Assembly: GCA_050084515.1 (NCBI GenBank)
Contig: CM114271.1
Span: 18,042,001-18,106,000, forward strand
Reading direction: 5' to 3'
DNA: 64,000 nt
Source of the DNA: Blasia pusilla
Lineage: Eukaryota
Part shown: one piece after another, positions 40,407 to 53,324 of the stretch
Numbering within the stretch: position 1 is the stretch's first letter
Layout: each line of letters begins with the position of its first letter
Notes under the pieces: generated by a model
The model's input: only the letters and a program-made list of their open reading frames with translations
Told to the model about the DNA's origin: nothing
Databases searched by the model: none
Position numbers and translations under genes: made by a program

Positions 40407-41914
40407 CTAAACGTGAACAGGGAAACAGGAAGTTTCCACAGCAACACCGACGATCGGATTCAATAAGATATCACACTTCATACTCTGAATGTATTGGGTG
40501 TGCACCATACCGCGGAACATGAAAAACTCGGAAGTAATCTGAAAGTGGAGCACTATGTTTATATTCTTTCCTTGATCCATTGCGCTCAACATTCCCGTCG
40601 CAGCCCCGTAAAGTGGGACCAAACTGCTTGAAAGACGTAGGCTGATGATGTTCGCCGACTCCTCTGGTTGGAAAAACCCTCCCGCCTGCAATTCCACGCA
40701 CAAGAAAAGAAACCCGTATTAGAACTGACATGGAATGATCACTCAATTTCAAGACTATGTCGTGAATACAAATTCCTGAAGATGTCCCGGTATGGTTCTC
40801 TTCTAAAATCGTGACGAAAATAAAGATGAATCTTGGTATTCATACCTTGCCAGAAGCAATGTTACGAATGTATGACAGTGAGCCGCTGAAGTCTTTAACG
40901 GCAGCTGCGTAAAACTTGGACGGATTGTAAAATGTGATGTTGGCTATCGAATCTACAGTTATGACTTGCGTCGGGACTCCCGTTCGGTCGAAGCCCGGCG
41001 AGAGTTGGAACTGCTTGAAGTCGATACTCTGAGACGACGAAGCCAGTCATGATTGAATCAGTGTCTAAAAAATGAATGAATGAAAATTGGAAGATTGCGA
41101 AACACCATCTATGACAGAAAAAATTAACGGATGAAAAATATCTGCAAATACACATTGACGGAAGCAGAAATCGAAACTCACCTCAACAGCTGCAATCGGT
41201 GCCTGAGGCTGACACACAATCCAGTAAAGTACCGTGGCGCTCCCGAGCAAAATTGTGGTGAGAACTGTTATCAGATAAATAACTCTCTTACACAAAGTTC
41301 GAAAGTCTTCCAATTCGGGTTCGTAATTATCTGTTACATGTCCCGACCGCGGAAGGAGAAAAGCGCTCTCCTCGTCCATTCTATTATTGAAAACCACGAG
41401 CTGAATTAATATCATCAGGAACTCAATAAATAGTGCTCTAGCAATCCTGGCGTGATTTTCTCCACGGGTAAGTTGAGATCCATGAGTGTCTACTGCGAAA
41501 TCAATCTCTTGAAAACGAAGCAGATTTTTTATCCCCGCAATCTCACCTGTCTGGACGGCCACTACTCCAGGGGCCACTGGATCGCTTGGACTCGTACGTG
41601 GATGATGTTTCGATGTCAGAGTCAGAGTCAGAATCGCCGTAAGGTAATGCAGACGGCTTCTCCATGGTTGCTTGATACGTAAAGCCTCGGTGGATGGGAG
41701 AGGGACAAGGGTTTGGATGAGACGCGACGAACCTTTTATCAGAATTTCTGTCTATTTCAGATGGAGTTTGAACGTAGTACACAGCAGGTTGATGAAGGTC
41801 GGCTGATGGCGAGCCGGGACCTGCTGGAGAGTAGGAATTGTATGCTGGAAGTGCAAGAGAACGGACAGATGGATATAAGGAACGCGCCCCTTGTAGCTTC
41901 AAGTTGGAAGCCAT
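40407..41914 (-). CDS. LEA_2 / NDR1-HIN1-like type II membrane protein (At1g45688-like), ~342 aa
   Basis: Phase-consistent GT-AG exons 41547-41914, 41182-41380, 40846-41028 and 40407-40685 (1029 nt). Ser/Pro-rich N-terminus with PAVYYVQTPS, one TM helix (VIYLITVLTTILLGSATVLYWIV), then GFDRTGVPTQVITV..FYNPSKFY, FFQPEES and VPLYGAA, all typical of this subfamily. Confidence 0.88.
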
Positions 41915-44900
41915 TCTTCTCAACTACAGCTATCTGAAGAATTTTCGCGTGCTCGTATGCCTGTTTATACACCAAAAAAGGGCCTTTCGGCGATAACAAG
42001 GGTGGAGCAATCCTATCCAATTGATGGCTCTTCGCGGTGGAGAATGTTGGACGTATCTGTGACCAGATTCAGGTATGAACCGACTTAATGAGCGCCTAAG
42101 CGTTGGCGTTTAATCTCAACTGAGCTCGACCCCCTCGGAATCTAATAAGACAATACCCACTCCACTTGCTTCAACTAGAGAAACGGATGGGTATCAATCC
42201 GTGTTTGACACACTTGTGACCCTTCCAATTCGTGGTCGCTTGAATCACAGGGAAACCAATTCTTCCCTAAGAAGGCTTCAAGCTTTCCCGTCTTCTGAAA
42301 CACCCTCCGAATCTTCGTTAAGCAGACTCAAGTATTTGAACAGCAGGTAAATCGAGGTGACATCGATGGAGTGACAGCGCCGTTATCTGCGGGCAGCCGG
42401 GCGGAGAATTCCCGCAAGAGACTGGGTAGGAAACTGCTGCGCTCTTGACTGACAGATGCTCCGCCGCTGACCTCTTTTGGAGAACCGTGCAACTCGAAGT
42501 GTTTCTGCTCTAGAAATCCCAGATGCGTACAAACCAATCCGTGATTCTGTGCTACGCCGCTTTAGTTTCGCCAGGATGTTGTTAATTAGTGTCTCGAATC
42601 GCGTATCCTTGGGAGGGAGTCCCTTCTTTAGTTGTAGCTGCTGCTAAGCGCTTAGCAGCCCTTCCAGTAGTCTCGACAGGACGAGAGGACACAAAGAAGA
42701 GAACTGTGTCCCTCCTGTGTGTCGAATCCAGAGTCCAGACGCAACCGCTGGTGGAAACAGCGCGGACGTGTGTAAGACAAAGCGCCCCGGAACCAGAGCA
42801 GCCAAGACAAGAAACAGTTAAAAAGGATTGTGCCGGTAGATGTGACGAGAAGACGACGAGCGATCAGAGGAATGGTGAAATGAATCGTGCTTTGCAATAA
42901 ATGCGTACGTTCGTGTTTCCGCTTTTTCCGCCGCTCCTCTCTATTCGGGTTTCCTTCTCTCTCTGACCGCGATGGTTTCGTCTCCCGGTCCGCCTTTCCG
43001 TCCCTTTCCTTCTCCGCGCCGCTCTAAACCGGATCGCCGGTGTAACGGTTGGCGACGCCGTCCCGAAGCCCGGCGTCCCGGCGTCTTCCGCCACGGTGCG
43101 GACGGCCGCCAGCTTGGAATTCTCGTAACGTTTCCCGTCCGGTCTCACGATCGCAGCAGTTGTTTTCCTTCCAAGCGCACCGGCCGGTCCTTCGTCACCT
43201 GAACGACACGCACTTGCGCGCCCGTTTTCACGTTCAGGGTCGTGAACCGAGACCGCCTGCCTTCAGGCCACGAAACCGCCTCTTCAGCATCCTCTCCCGC
43301 CTTCTTTTAGATCTGACGTTCTTTCCCTTCTGTCCACTTCGTCTTCACCGTGCTGCTGCCTTGTCTCGCCTACGTGCCACGCTCCCCGCACTCCTCCCAA
43401 ATCGTCAATCCGGTATACGGAGTTTAGACGGCTAATCCCATGCTAATCTTGCGGATAATTCTCCCCAGTCCAAGATCGTCGAAGCGCATGAACGTACCTT
43501 CCAAGCCGTGACTGAGTTCCTCCACGCGCTAGCGCTCCTTTCCGCTGTCGCCAGCGCCCAATGGGAGACACTTTTGGGTTCCATGATACCGACACTTTAC
43601 GACTCCGTGACTCTGCGTTCTAGATCGGACCGCCGGTACTTGAACCCACGGTAATACAGTATTCGAAGCTTCTCTGCTGGACGGCGTCACGTTCCACCGA
43701 AAGTAGAACACGTCCGAGGGTCAGCCCCGAACGGCTGACCCTCGGACGTGTTTATTTTATGGGTCCTGACAATTTAGTTTGAACTTGAAATAGAAAATAC
43801 CCACACTCCATTCCTCCAGTTCTCACGGGTAATCGTTGATTTTCCCGTGATACAAGACAACCTCACTTACTCGGTCACAAGAATTCCCTAAACTAAGGGC
43901 CTTATCCCACTGGCTCCCCGAATTTGGCCGTTAGGCTATATTAACTTCATCCTACAGTCCCAAACTTGTTTGTTTGTGGTTTGTAGCCGGAGTCGCAGAA
44001 ACTCGACGAGGTCGCCACGTTTCTTGCGCCCAAAAATTTTGGGCGCAAGAATTGCAACCCCATGATTGTTCCCTCGGGAGAACGAGTGACGGGACGATTC
44101 GGTAGAGTGACTGGCGGGGGGCGGTTTTAGGCCGAGTATTCAGCCTGAAACCGGCTGAGAACAATAGGCCAGCCGGCGAGTTCAGCCGGAGGACAGTTTC
44201 TCGCACGCGACCCCAAGAAACGGGGCCATGAGATAAGGCCCTAAAGTAAGGGCTTGATACCATGGATTCCAAATCGAATTCGCATCTTACAGGAAATTAT
44301 GGTTTCTTACTCTGAAATTTAGGTAAAGGACTAGCATTTCTTATTAGGGCTTGATCCTATGCGCGCAGGGATGCGACAATCATAGAAGGTCGTCAAGTTT
44401 TCTCCGCCCCAAACATTTGGGCGCGAAGTGGCCCATCGTCTTCGCGACCTTCTTTAACGGGGGACCGAAAGTAAATAGTTGAGATCAATTTATTTTTTCC
44501 ATAAATCCTTCGATAATCATTTTGGGCGTAGAAAATGGGTCGCCACGACTTACGCGGGTGTCTTTGGGATGAACCCCTTAGAAAATCATGGAGATTCTAC
44601 CTTGAGCGCGGAGAAATCCACCATCCCCATTCCTTGTCCGAGTGGAGAGTCCATGCAAACCACTCCTAACCTAAGTCAGTTTTGGAAATCATTGGTGCTT
44701 CCTGCCCGTCCAATTATAATAATAATAGTTAACACTTCATGGGGAAACTTGGTCGCTTGGTAGGCCCCTCAACCACCATATCGTTAGAGAATATTTGAAT
44801 TCCCCTTCCAAAGTACCACATTGCCCCATAAGTCATATTTCAGCAAAGATTTTTTCAAGACCGGGAGTTTCCGGTACATCATAGCCGGATATGTCAATGC

Positions 44901-46599
44901 CAGTTTTAAAACCGGTTTTCACATACTATACAAAGAAAATGTACATTTCCGGACTTATTCAAAACAAGACTGAGTTTTTTTTATTTTAATTGAATAGTTT
45001 TACTCTCACCTCTGGATCTCCCCCAACATTGCCATCTCTCTTCTTGTGGTGTAAAATTTGATTTAGAGCTAAGGGTTTTTTGGGAGTCCCAATTCTAGTA
45101 CCATTTATGGTCATGTTCTCTTCGTTGTCCACTTGGAACATTGCCCCCTCCCATGGGCACTCGAGACATTTTTGGAACCATCATGTGCACATGGACGGTT
45201 CCAAAAATGGATCCTATATAACGATAAAATAAATGAATACCAATGGTCTTCACTTGGGTCATATTACGAATCCTCTTACCAATCCACTTCATTAATTCCT
45301 CGCTTATCATTAAATCGAACAGCCCACTCTCCGACCGCCACACTGATCTGAGCCGTGGAAAGTGCGGTCTTCCAGGTCCTGTGGCTTAACCCTAAGACCT
45401 CAGTTCTATTTTAATCCTCATCGAGTCACCGCCTAGCTAGCCTACTTGGGGGAGTCGGGGACGAGCATCAACTTTTTCCTGACTCAACTTGACGAGTGCA
45501 AATATTCCCAGGTTTTACTGAACGCCGAGTATCCCAGTAACTAACTTAATGCAAGCGACATACACCGTCGATCGATAATACTCATCTTATAATCTACGTG
45601 TGAAATGCGATCCAAGCCATTCCAAGAACACGGGAAAATCCATCTGGCGGTATTACTGTGTAGGTAGCAAGCATCCACCACCAGATCATTGACACGTAGC
45701 CGTATCCCAGTAATGTCAGCCTCACACGTGTGATAAGCCCCTGAGAACCGACATGTCTCATCCAACGGTGACGGGAGTGGGCGTGAAACATTCCAGCCGT
45801 CCAAGTTGAAATGCCGTTTGACAAGACCGGTACACACTAGGCGAATAGTAATTATTTGAAAAAAAAAGCTATGGTGAAGATCCTCCTCCAACTCTAGAAG
45901 GACTGGAAGACTGGAAGAGCTCCCTGGGCAGCTGAAAGATTTCGATCCCGTGGAAAGAGACGGGATGCGGAGCGGGAAAAGCAGTTTTGCGCGGGCCGTA
46001 ACGGTTTTGAAACGGCGGCAATGGTAAGGGCGACACCACCAGACCAGTGAGAGGGTAACCCTAGTAAAGAAACCAGGGTCCCAAGGCGGATATGCCGTGA
46101 AGAGTTTCTACTAGTTGGCAGTTTGAGATCGACCGTCAGGATTGAGAGGAATGTAATCTACGGCGGGGGAACAACTACTAAGCGTGACAGATGTATAACC
46201 TACGGCGGGGAACAAGCTGTAAGCGTGAGAGAAATATGATCTACGGCTTGAAAGCGAACTGCTGAGATTGAAACATTCAGAATCTACGGTGCGCTTGCGC
46301 TCCACGAGGACACGGCGATAGGACTCTTCCTCTCGGATGGAAAACTAGGTTGGGCATCTTGCTAGAACTATTTGCAGGTCTTTCTAATTAAATTGTAGAT
46401 AAGGAGGTAGTGAACCTCTACCTTGACGCTTTGATTTATTTCATTTTTATTTATGTAATATGTAGATTGTAAGTTAATACTGCTGCAGCACATTTAATTC
46501 GATGAGCTTCGCTTATTATATGGGATGAAGCATTGGTGGCTCATCGTCGTAATGCAAATGAGGCAACCATTCTCGCGTGAGCATTTTGATTAAACTATG

Positions 46600-48670
46600 T
46601 TGACCATCGTAATATTGTTGTGCGACTACATGGAGGTGTATTACACAAATCTGATCTAAACGAGGCATATGTTCCACTACTCTCTTTTTTACTACACTAT
46701 GGTGAAGTAGGTTGGCACCCTAGTAAACCTCTTGGTAGATTTTTAGATGATGAGAATACAAAACTCTTCGAGGAGTCAATGGATGAGGATGGAAATGCTA
46801 GAGAGATTTTTGAGGGGAGATGAGCACAAAAAGAGTAATTGCCTTAAATTTATATGTTTCCAACTTCAAACACGCATTAGAGCAAAAGATAACAATCAAC
46901 TACTACAATTTGGTCAACTTACTCAAGAATATATGGTTGATGTATACGCCATTGTTGAAATGCAACGGTTATGTTGGATTTTCTTAAACCAAAAAGAGCT
47001 TAGGGTCGAGTTATATCAAGGTGTAAAGGATGCTTTGCATCAACATAATAGTGATAGTAGAAGATTTGGGATACGCGTTGTCCTATCCTATTCTTTTATT
47101 ATAGGTTATCACGTCTTTAATGCTAGATTGACGAGTTTTGGTAGAGTGTCTTTGAGTATATTGGAGGACACCCTCATAAGGTGGAGGATGATTTGGTGAG
47201 GTATTGGATAACCTAAGAGAGCAACCTAGAGAGAGAGAGAGAGAGAGAGAGAGTTGCACATTGTGAGACGTTTGAAAGTTGATCATCTCGATATTTAGAT
47301 GCCATGAGTTAATATGATTATATTAGATATTTATGTGTGTATTTGATGACAACGACGTATGTTATGTAATGATGTGTCTGCATATGAAAAAGTCCACATC
47401 ATATGTATCAACTACATCAAGATGCAATTGCTATTGTGAGATATCTTGGAAAACTTGGTTATTTATTTATGAAGAAATGCCATCCTAAGTGGGTAGAGAT
47501 TACATCATCATTGTTGCTTGGTCAAATGGCTTCAGATTGACAGGACTTGGTAGTGTGAGTGTTTCAAAAAAAACACAAAGAAGCACTACCTTGCTTTATA
47601 ATAGGTGAAGGGGAATGTCATTGGTTGAGATTGCTTCTTCATCACTTTCAGAGAATAGCTTTATAAAAATATGTAAGGAATATGGATGGAGTATTGTGTC
47701 CAATATTTAAAGAGGTTATTATTCAACAAGGAATTTTTTAGGAGGGGGAAGTTTTCTATTTCTTAAAAGAATCTTTTAAAATCCAAATTGGTTCCTTCTC
47801 TTGTTAACTCTTTGCCACCGTTTTTTGGCTTACAACACATTTTCTTGATTTGCATTGCTCTCGAGTTAATTCTTGGTTAATCTCATAGAAAATCTCTTGC
47901 AAAAATGACATGAGATAATTCTTCATCAAATACCATTTCAAATTTTTAAACTTGTACGTTTCACACTTATATTCATTAATGTAAAAATTGCATTGGACGC
48001 CACAACAATTTGGGATCCCTCCCAGATGCTTCCATCATTAATAACGCATTTTTGGTAGTGTACTATTATTTGCAAGATCAAGGAAAGTCATTATCTAATT
48101 TCCTGAATATGCCCCAAGCTAACTTTTGAGCAATTCCAATCATATTTGCACTTAAAGAAAAAAGAGTTATTGCATAATCTAGACGAACTTTGAGATCAAG
48201 GTTGCATTTGGAAAAAAAATTTGTCTATAGACTTATGTCCAACTTATGGGAGGATTTATCCATATGGGCCCCACCTCCCCCCTCCCTTTCCCCCCACCAT
48301 CCTCCATTTGCCTCTATGTTTTGTATTTACTTGTTGCTTCCTCCCCATGTCTCCACTCTCTCCCTCCTTGTTGCCCCGTCCTACCTCCCACCATAAGCAA
48401 TAAAGAGTGGGCTCCACCTCTTGCAATCTATGTCCACAAACATGCCCAAACTTGTCCATCCATGTTCATCTTAAGGACAAACTTGTCTATTTTTGTGCAA
48501 CTATGTTCAAGATCATGTACCATTAGGAGAATCATCTTCGAATGAAGGATAACATAAGATTTGGGATGTTGTACATGATGAACTTCATAGTATCACCCTT
48601 TATGATCCACTATCTGCCAAACTATTCTTCATTGATGGCCTAGATGGAACAAGAAAGACAATTTTCAACA
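46600..48670 (+). mobile_element. Degenerate, internally deleted Helitron (Helitron_like_N region + helicase Walker A) with nested insertions
   Basis: AYVPLLSFLLHYGEVGWHP (~46665-46720); LTQEYMVDVYAIVEMQRLCWIFLNQKELRVELYQGVKDAL...GIRVVLSYSF (46920-47100); after an insertion, MYQLHQDAIAIVRYLGK (~47403); FFIDGLDGTRKTIF (decayed FIDGPGGTGKTF, ~48625). Confidence 0.85.
48230..48506 (+). repeat. Dispersed ~290-bp non-coding repeat (copy 2)
   Basis: Homologous to the reverse complement of 26570-26860. Confidence 0.75.
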
Positions 48671-49887
48671 ATCTTATTTTTGCAAATGTGCAATCGTACT
48701 CACACCCCGCCTAGCCAGCGCCCCTCTTATGACCCTCACCCAATTCCATCCTCCATGTGTCCGGCCCACAAAAGAGGGCAATAGATGACCTATGGATAAG
48801 AAGTGTGCCCACACACCTAGCTCGTGTAGAAGAAAGTATGGGCATTTTCTTTTCCTGGTGGGCATCCCACTCATACATGTTACACATGGGCAAGGTTTGG
48901 GGCATATGGGCAAGCGTCTTGCCAGCATCCCTCACGTGCTCACCGACACCATGTCTACGCTCAACTCACCTCTTGTTATCTGTCCCCACATTCAAGGGAG
49001 CAATATGGGTACCAAAAATCTCGGGCATAGGTAGGGATTACATGTTTCCGAACAAGTTTGCTTTTCGTGCAACCTCGTTAGCTTGTCCTTTCAAACCATC
49101 CATATTTTGTAAGAGCATGATTGCTGCATTATTTTTCAAACTCAAATAATGTGGAGGTGGTCTAGACAATAAGCATCTTGGAGCTCGGACCCGCATTTCA
49201 TGAGTGTTGCTCTTGATTGGTCAGTTCAATCAAGAGCAACACTCTTCTCACAAAGGGTCTATTGAAATCTCCTTGCCACTCTCATTACTAAGCGCATGCA
49301 CGATGCTTTATAAAAACAATTTAATGCGATTTTCAAAAGTTTTTTCTGTACTAAATTTGCTCACCACGTGAAAAGAAATTTTTTTAAAATTAACGTGTCA
49401 GAGCAAGGTGAAAAAATGCATTCTCCAATTAGTATATAAAAAAAAATGACGAAGCCCATAAGATGTTGACAAACGACACTGGATATCGCACGAGGTACCT
49501 ACCTGAAACACCCAATAAAACGGCAATATTCACTATCTTTTGAAGAGCTAATGCATTTTCACTGCACTTGTTGGAGATGACCCTAAATTTTCTTTCATCG
49601 TTCCTCCTATTAGAATTAATCCTTAGTTCCACTAATCTTGTTCAAATGAAATGACACCCCCAATTAATTTTGATTAATAATGAGAATCACTATGATTTAT
49701 TTATTTTTAATTCCTTTCATATTTCATCTACAGTAACGTACCCATTTGGCAACATGACCGTGGACTAGAAAATAAAAGGTCACAATTTTCCTACATCATC
49801 ATTTTCCTACATATTTAAACTTGGAGATGCATATGGACATGATAATGGATTTTCTCCTAATTCTTTCTTATAGATAAGAATATCATG

Positions 49888-50330
49888 GATGGTGGCTCGT
49901 ACTGCAAGATACACCGTTGGGCAAGAGCAAATCCATGTCCTACCTTCAACCACACAAGCAACCTCTCGTCGGAGAGTGGATCTTGTTATGTCTCGAGGTG
50001 GATTCTAACACTAGGTGATGTGGTGGTTATTGATCCAATACATTTTGACTTGGTGTGTTGAGCCGCACATACCAAAGGTTTGGCGGCCGAAGCTGCAGCA
50101 ACAATCAAGGAGTTAAGTTATGTTGTGAGACATGTGACTGATGGATTTATTCCTTTTACAGTGGAAGTATTCGGTCATTTACATGTGTCTTTTGATACTT
50201 TCCTGAAAACGTGTCCTCACCACTCCCTCGACAATCATCACCTTGCCCCTTTTTTGGCAATGCATCTCAGTGGTCTTCCAACGTGCACAAGCCTTGGCAT
50301 TGATACGTCGTGCGGAGGTGATGGGGGGTT
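49888..50330 (+). mobile_element. 3' fragment of a CRE-like non-LTR retrotransposon (restriction-like endonuclease domain)
   Basis: Translation across frameshifts gives EQIHVLP..SRRRVDLV..LGDVVVIDP..AAEAAATIKELSY..DGFIPFTVEVFGHL, matching the R-x-D...D...K..Y..FxPxxxExFG pattern of RLE domains. Confidence 0.7.
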
Positions 50331-51519
50331 GCTCACCTCTTCGTCCATTCACGTTTGACCAACCACTCATGTTCTTGTTAGATTTGTTTTGGGGTATCAA
50401 TCGTGTAGCTCGTTGAGTCGGTATTTGCGTTGGCTAGTTGCCATTTTCTTTTTGCATTCTTTTATGCATTTTTTGACTCCTCTTTTGAAATGTTATTACC
50501 TTTCTTTGTCCTCTTTTGAGGTTTATTTTATAATAAAGTGGATATATTATTTACCTATATATATATATAGATAGATACCTACTTACATTAATGTCTATGA
50601 TCAATAAATGCGCCGTTGGATAGCATACCGATAGGGTCATGGGTCAAAGCATTTCACATTTTATGAAATAATATCTTTCATTCATTATTTTTATTTTTAT
50701 AATTATGGTACATTTTTCTAGTATTTTCTTATTTATTTCAATTTCATGCGTATTTACTACTTGTGTTTGGATTTATTAAGGAAAGAATAATTAGGAGAAT
50801 AATATGCCTTCACGCGAGAGAATGAACGTAATTTTTAATTAATTTTGCACACAAAACATAAGGAAGCTCGTTTTCCTTCTTCTTCTTCTTCTTCTTCTTC
50901 TTCTTCTTCTTCTTTACTCTCCCAATGTTGGTCCATGTAGGCATGAATGCAATATGTGATGAAAAGAATGGACCGAACTAAATTAGATTTATATGTGTTT
51001 AAATTACTTTCCTTCATTTAAAAGTTGTAGACATATCATTTTTATATGACACGACTATGGAAAAGAAAATCAATCAATTTTCCCACCCCAAATATTATTT
51101 AACTCACTCTAACATAAATATTTATTTTGTTTCTTGTCTTTTTTTCCCCCTTAAGTAACACCTTTGGAATTTGTCATGGACAAAACTTCCTTTTCTTCTT
51201 ATATAATTTTCCCACTAATTTATTCTATTGTTTTAGGTCTCAATTTTCCTCGTACCTTGAATTATCTTCATCCGCATCTTCCATGCCATCTCATGACCAA
51301 TGAACTCAAGCATAGTGTAACCTCTAGGCATGGATCTTTAATTCAACCATGGTAATGTTTTATCAACAACCCCATTAAATGTTAAAATCCAGCTTTGATG
51401 TAATCAGAATATCCAAAATCATCAAAAAAATCCTTCTTATTTTTTGTCATGGCCTCTAATGGCATGACAATTAACTCACTAACTAAAGTCTCTCAAACAC
51501 TCTCTACCCCTTCTAAGGA

Positions 51520-51546
51520 CTAGTTTATGCCCGTGCGATGCAGAGG
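51520..51546 (-). mobile_element. Helitron 3' terminus (hairpin + CTAG), minus orientation
   Basis: The minus strand reads ...tgcatcgcacgggcataaaCTAG|t. Confidence 0.65.
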
Positions 51547-52413
51547 TGACCAAGTTTGTTTTAAGACAACCCACTCCTCATTATATGTATAAATTCCCCA
51601 CTTCAATCCTCCCACATATAAATTCTCCACTACTCTCACTACTAAATAAAATTGTCACTATTAACACCTATACTATCCCCTCCCCAAAAAACATGTGACC
51701 ATGGACATAATATTCCCTCCCAAAGAAATTTCCACCAAAATAATCTAGTGTTGCTATTTTGTCTTATTATGCATGTGGTGTTGTCCATAATAGTATAGAT
51801 GAAGAGGGAAAGAGTGAATTGGACAAAATTCCTCTTATTTGAACTCTCAATAATCTACATAACTCTATCTAATCTTGCAATTAATAGTGAATGTAAGATT
51901 TTTGTGGAATCTTTAGTATCTATGTCTTGCATCAAAAAACCTCCTAATTTTTGTCTATTGTACGAATAATTCTCTATATGATTGAAGGAGTATGTAATTT
52001 TCTTGCGTCAAGAGCCTCCAATGTTTGCAATATATCATCTAAGCATCTGAAATTTTCCATTCATGCAAGAGCATGCTCACACAAATAAGTGCAGGAGTAT
52101 AATCACAAAAGATGGGAATTGATGAAATCTAAGACCAACAAGATTTCAAATGCATTGCTTAAGTTGCATCGCTTAAGCTTTTTATGCATCGCTTAAGTTG
52201 GTTATTAGTAAGAATATTTATTTTTTTACTAGATCTCTTTTCTTTGAGTAAAGTAGATTTATTAATTTCTTAACTCAATTCATAAAAATCTGAAAATAAA
52301 ATAAAAACATGAAAAATTACTAGTTAAAATTAAAAAGGAATTATTACAATGAACTTTTTGTAAACACTATGAAGATTGGCTTAGAGGAAAAATTGGATAC
52401 TTAATATTACATA

Positions 52414-53324
52414 CTAGTAAGTACCCGTGCAATGCATGGAAAAAAAAAAGTTTGAAGAGTTTTTGTTAGTAAGGGGATTAATGATGTTGCACACAAATTC
52501 AAACTTTTTTCTTCCTGTCCATAACATGTGAAAAAAAATTTCTTGTCCAATTACTACATGTCAATAAGGCCTTAAAAAGCAAGTTTCAATAATAGTTTTT
52601 TTAACTTATGTTTAAATTTTCAAAGTTTATTTAATTTAAAATTTTAAGTATAATTCCTAATTTTTAAAATATTAAAAGAGTAAGAAAATTTCACCTTTAA
52701 ATAAAACCCATCTCCCCTCAATAATTTCAATCATACTTAAAAACTCAAACAAGAACTATTCTTCCCCTTCCACTCTTCCAACTAAAATAACATTCACTAA
52801 CCAAAATCTTATCTAATTTTATTTAACGAAATTATTTTCCTTTTCATTCAAATTCATTTTCCTTTCTCAAAATATCATATGTGAATTAATACGATTATTT
52901 TCTAAAATTATCATGTTATTTATTTTAAATTTTAAATATGATTTCTATTTTCTAAAATCTTAGAAGAGTAATAACATTTAATTTTTCTTAGTAATTACAA
53001 TCCTCCATTCAAATTTAAATGATATCCCAAAAAACTAAGTAATTTTATCTCCCATAAAATTTTAAAAAAATCTACTCCATTTTTTTTTTTTTTTCCATCA
53101 AATTTGAATTGAGGTAAAAATTCTATAATTTTTGTTATTTATCATCATTTTTATATATATTATTATTGGAGAGTGCCTTCTTGATTTGCAAACACCTCTT
53201 TGCTTGACATGTGGCAATTAGGCAACAAGAAAATGTTTTTCCTCTTACGGACATCTAGAAAAGAAAATTGTGTGCAACATGGTTAGTCACTTCACTCCCG
53301 TGCATGGCACGGAATGCCCACTAG
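52414..53324. mobile_element. AT-rich segment bounded by two outward-facing non-autonomous Helitron 3' ends
   Basis: Left end on minus: ccatgcattgcacgggtacttaCTAG|t (52414). Right end on plus: ccgtgcatggcacggaatgcccaCTAG|t (53324). Subterminal ~100 bp are inverted homologues (atgttgcacacaa, tttcttgt, acatgtcaa). Confidence 0.7.

Noticed and set aside
42589-43435. Several 80-128-aa ORFs upstream of the LEA_2 gene
   Set aside because: Low-complexity Arg/Pro-rich frames on both strands, typical of a GC-rich 5' UTR or promoter.
43620-43710. tRNA-like GGTTCAAGT (T-loop/B-box) on the minus strand
   Set aside because: The flanks do not form a T-stem, and no cloverleaf could be built.
46150-46295. 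CRISPR-like regularly spaced repeats
   Set aside because: Only a 6-11-nt core is conserved, the 'spacers' are homologous to each other, no cas genes are present and the context is eukaryotic. It is a decayed tandem repeat.
50873-50912. Poly-Glu ORF (50835-51017, minus)
   Set aside because: Produced by a (TTC)n microsatellite in AT-rich DNA, not a gene.
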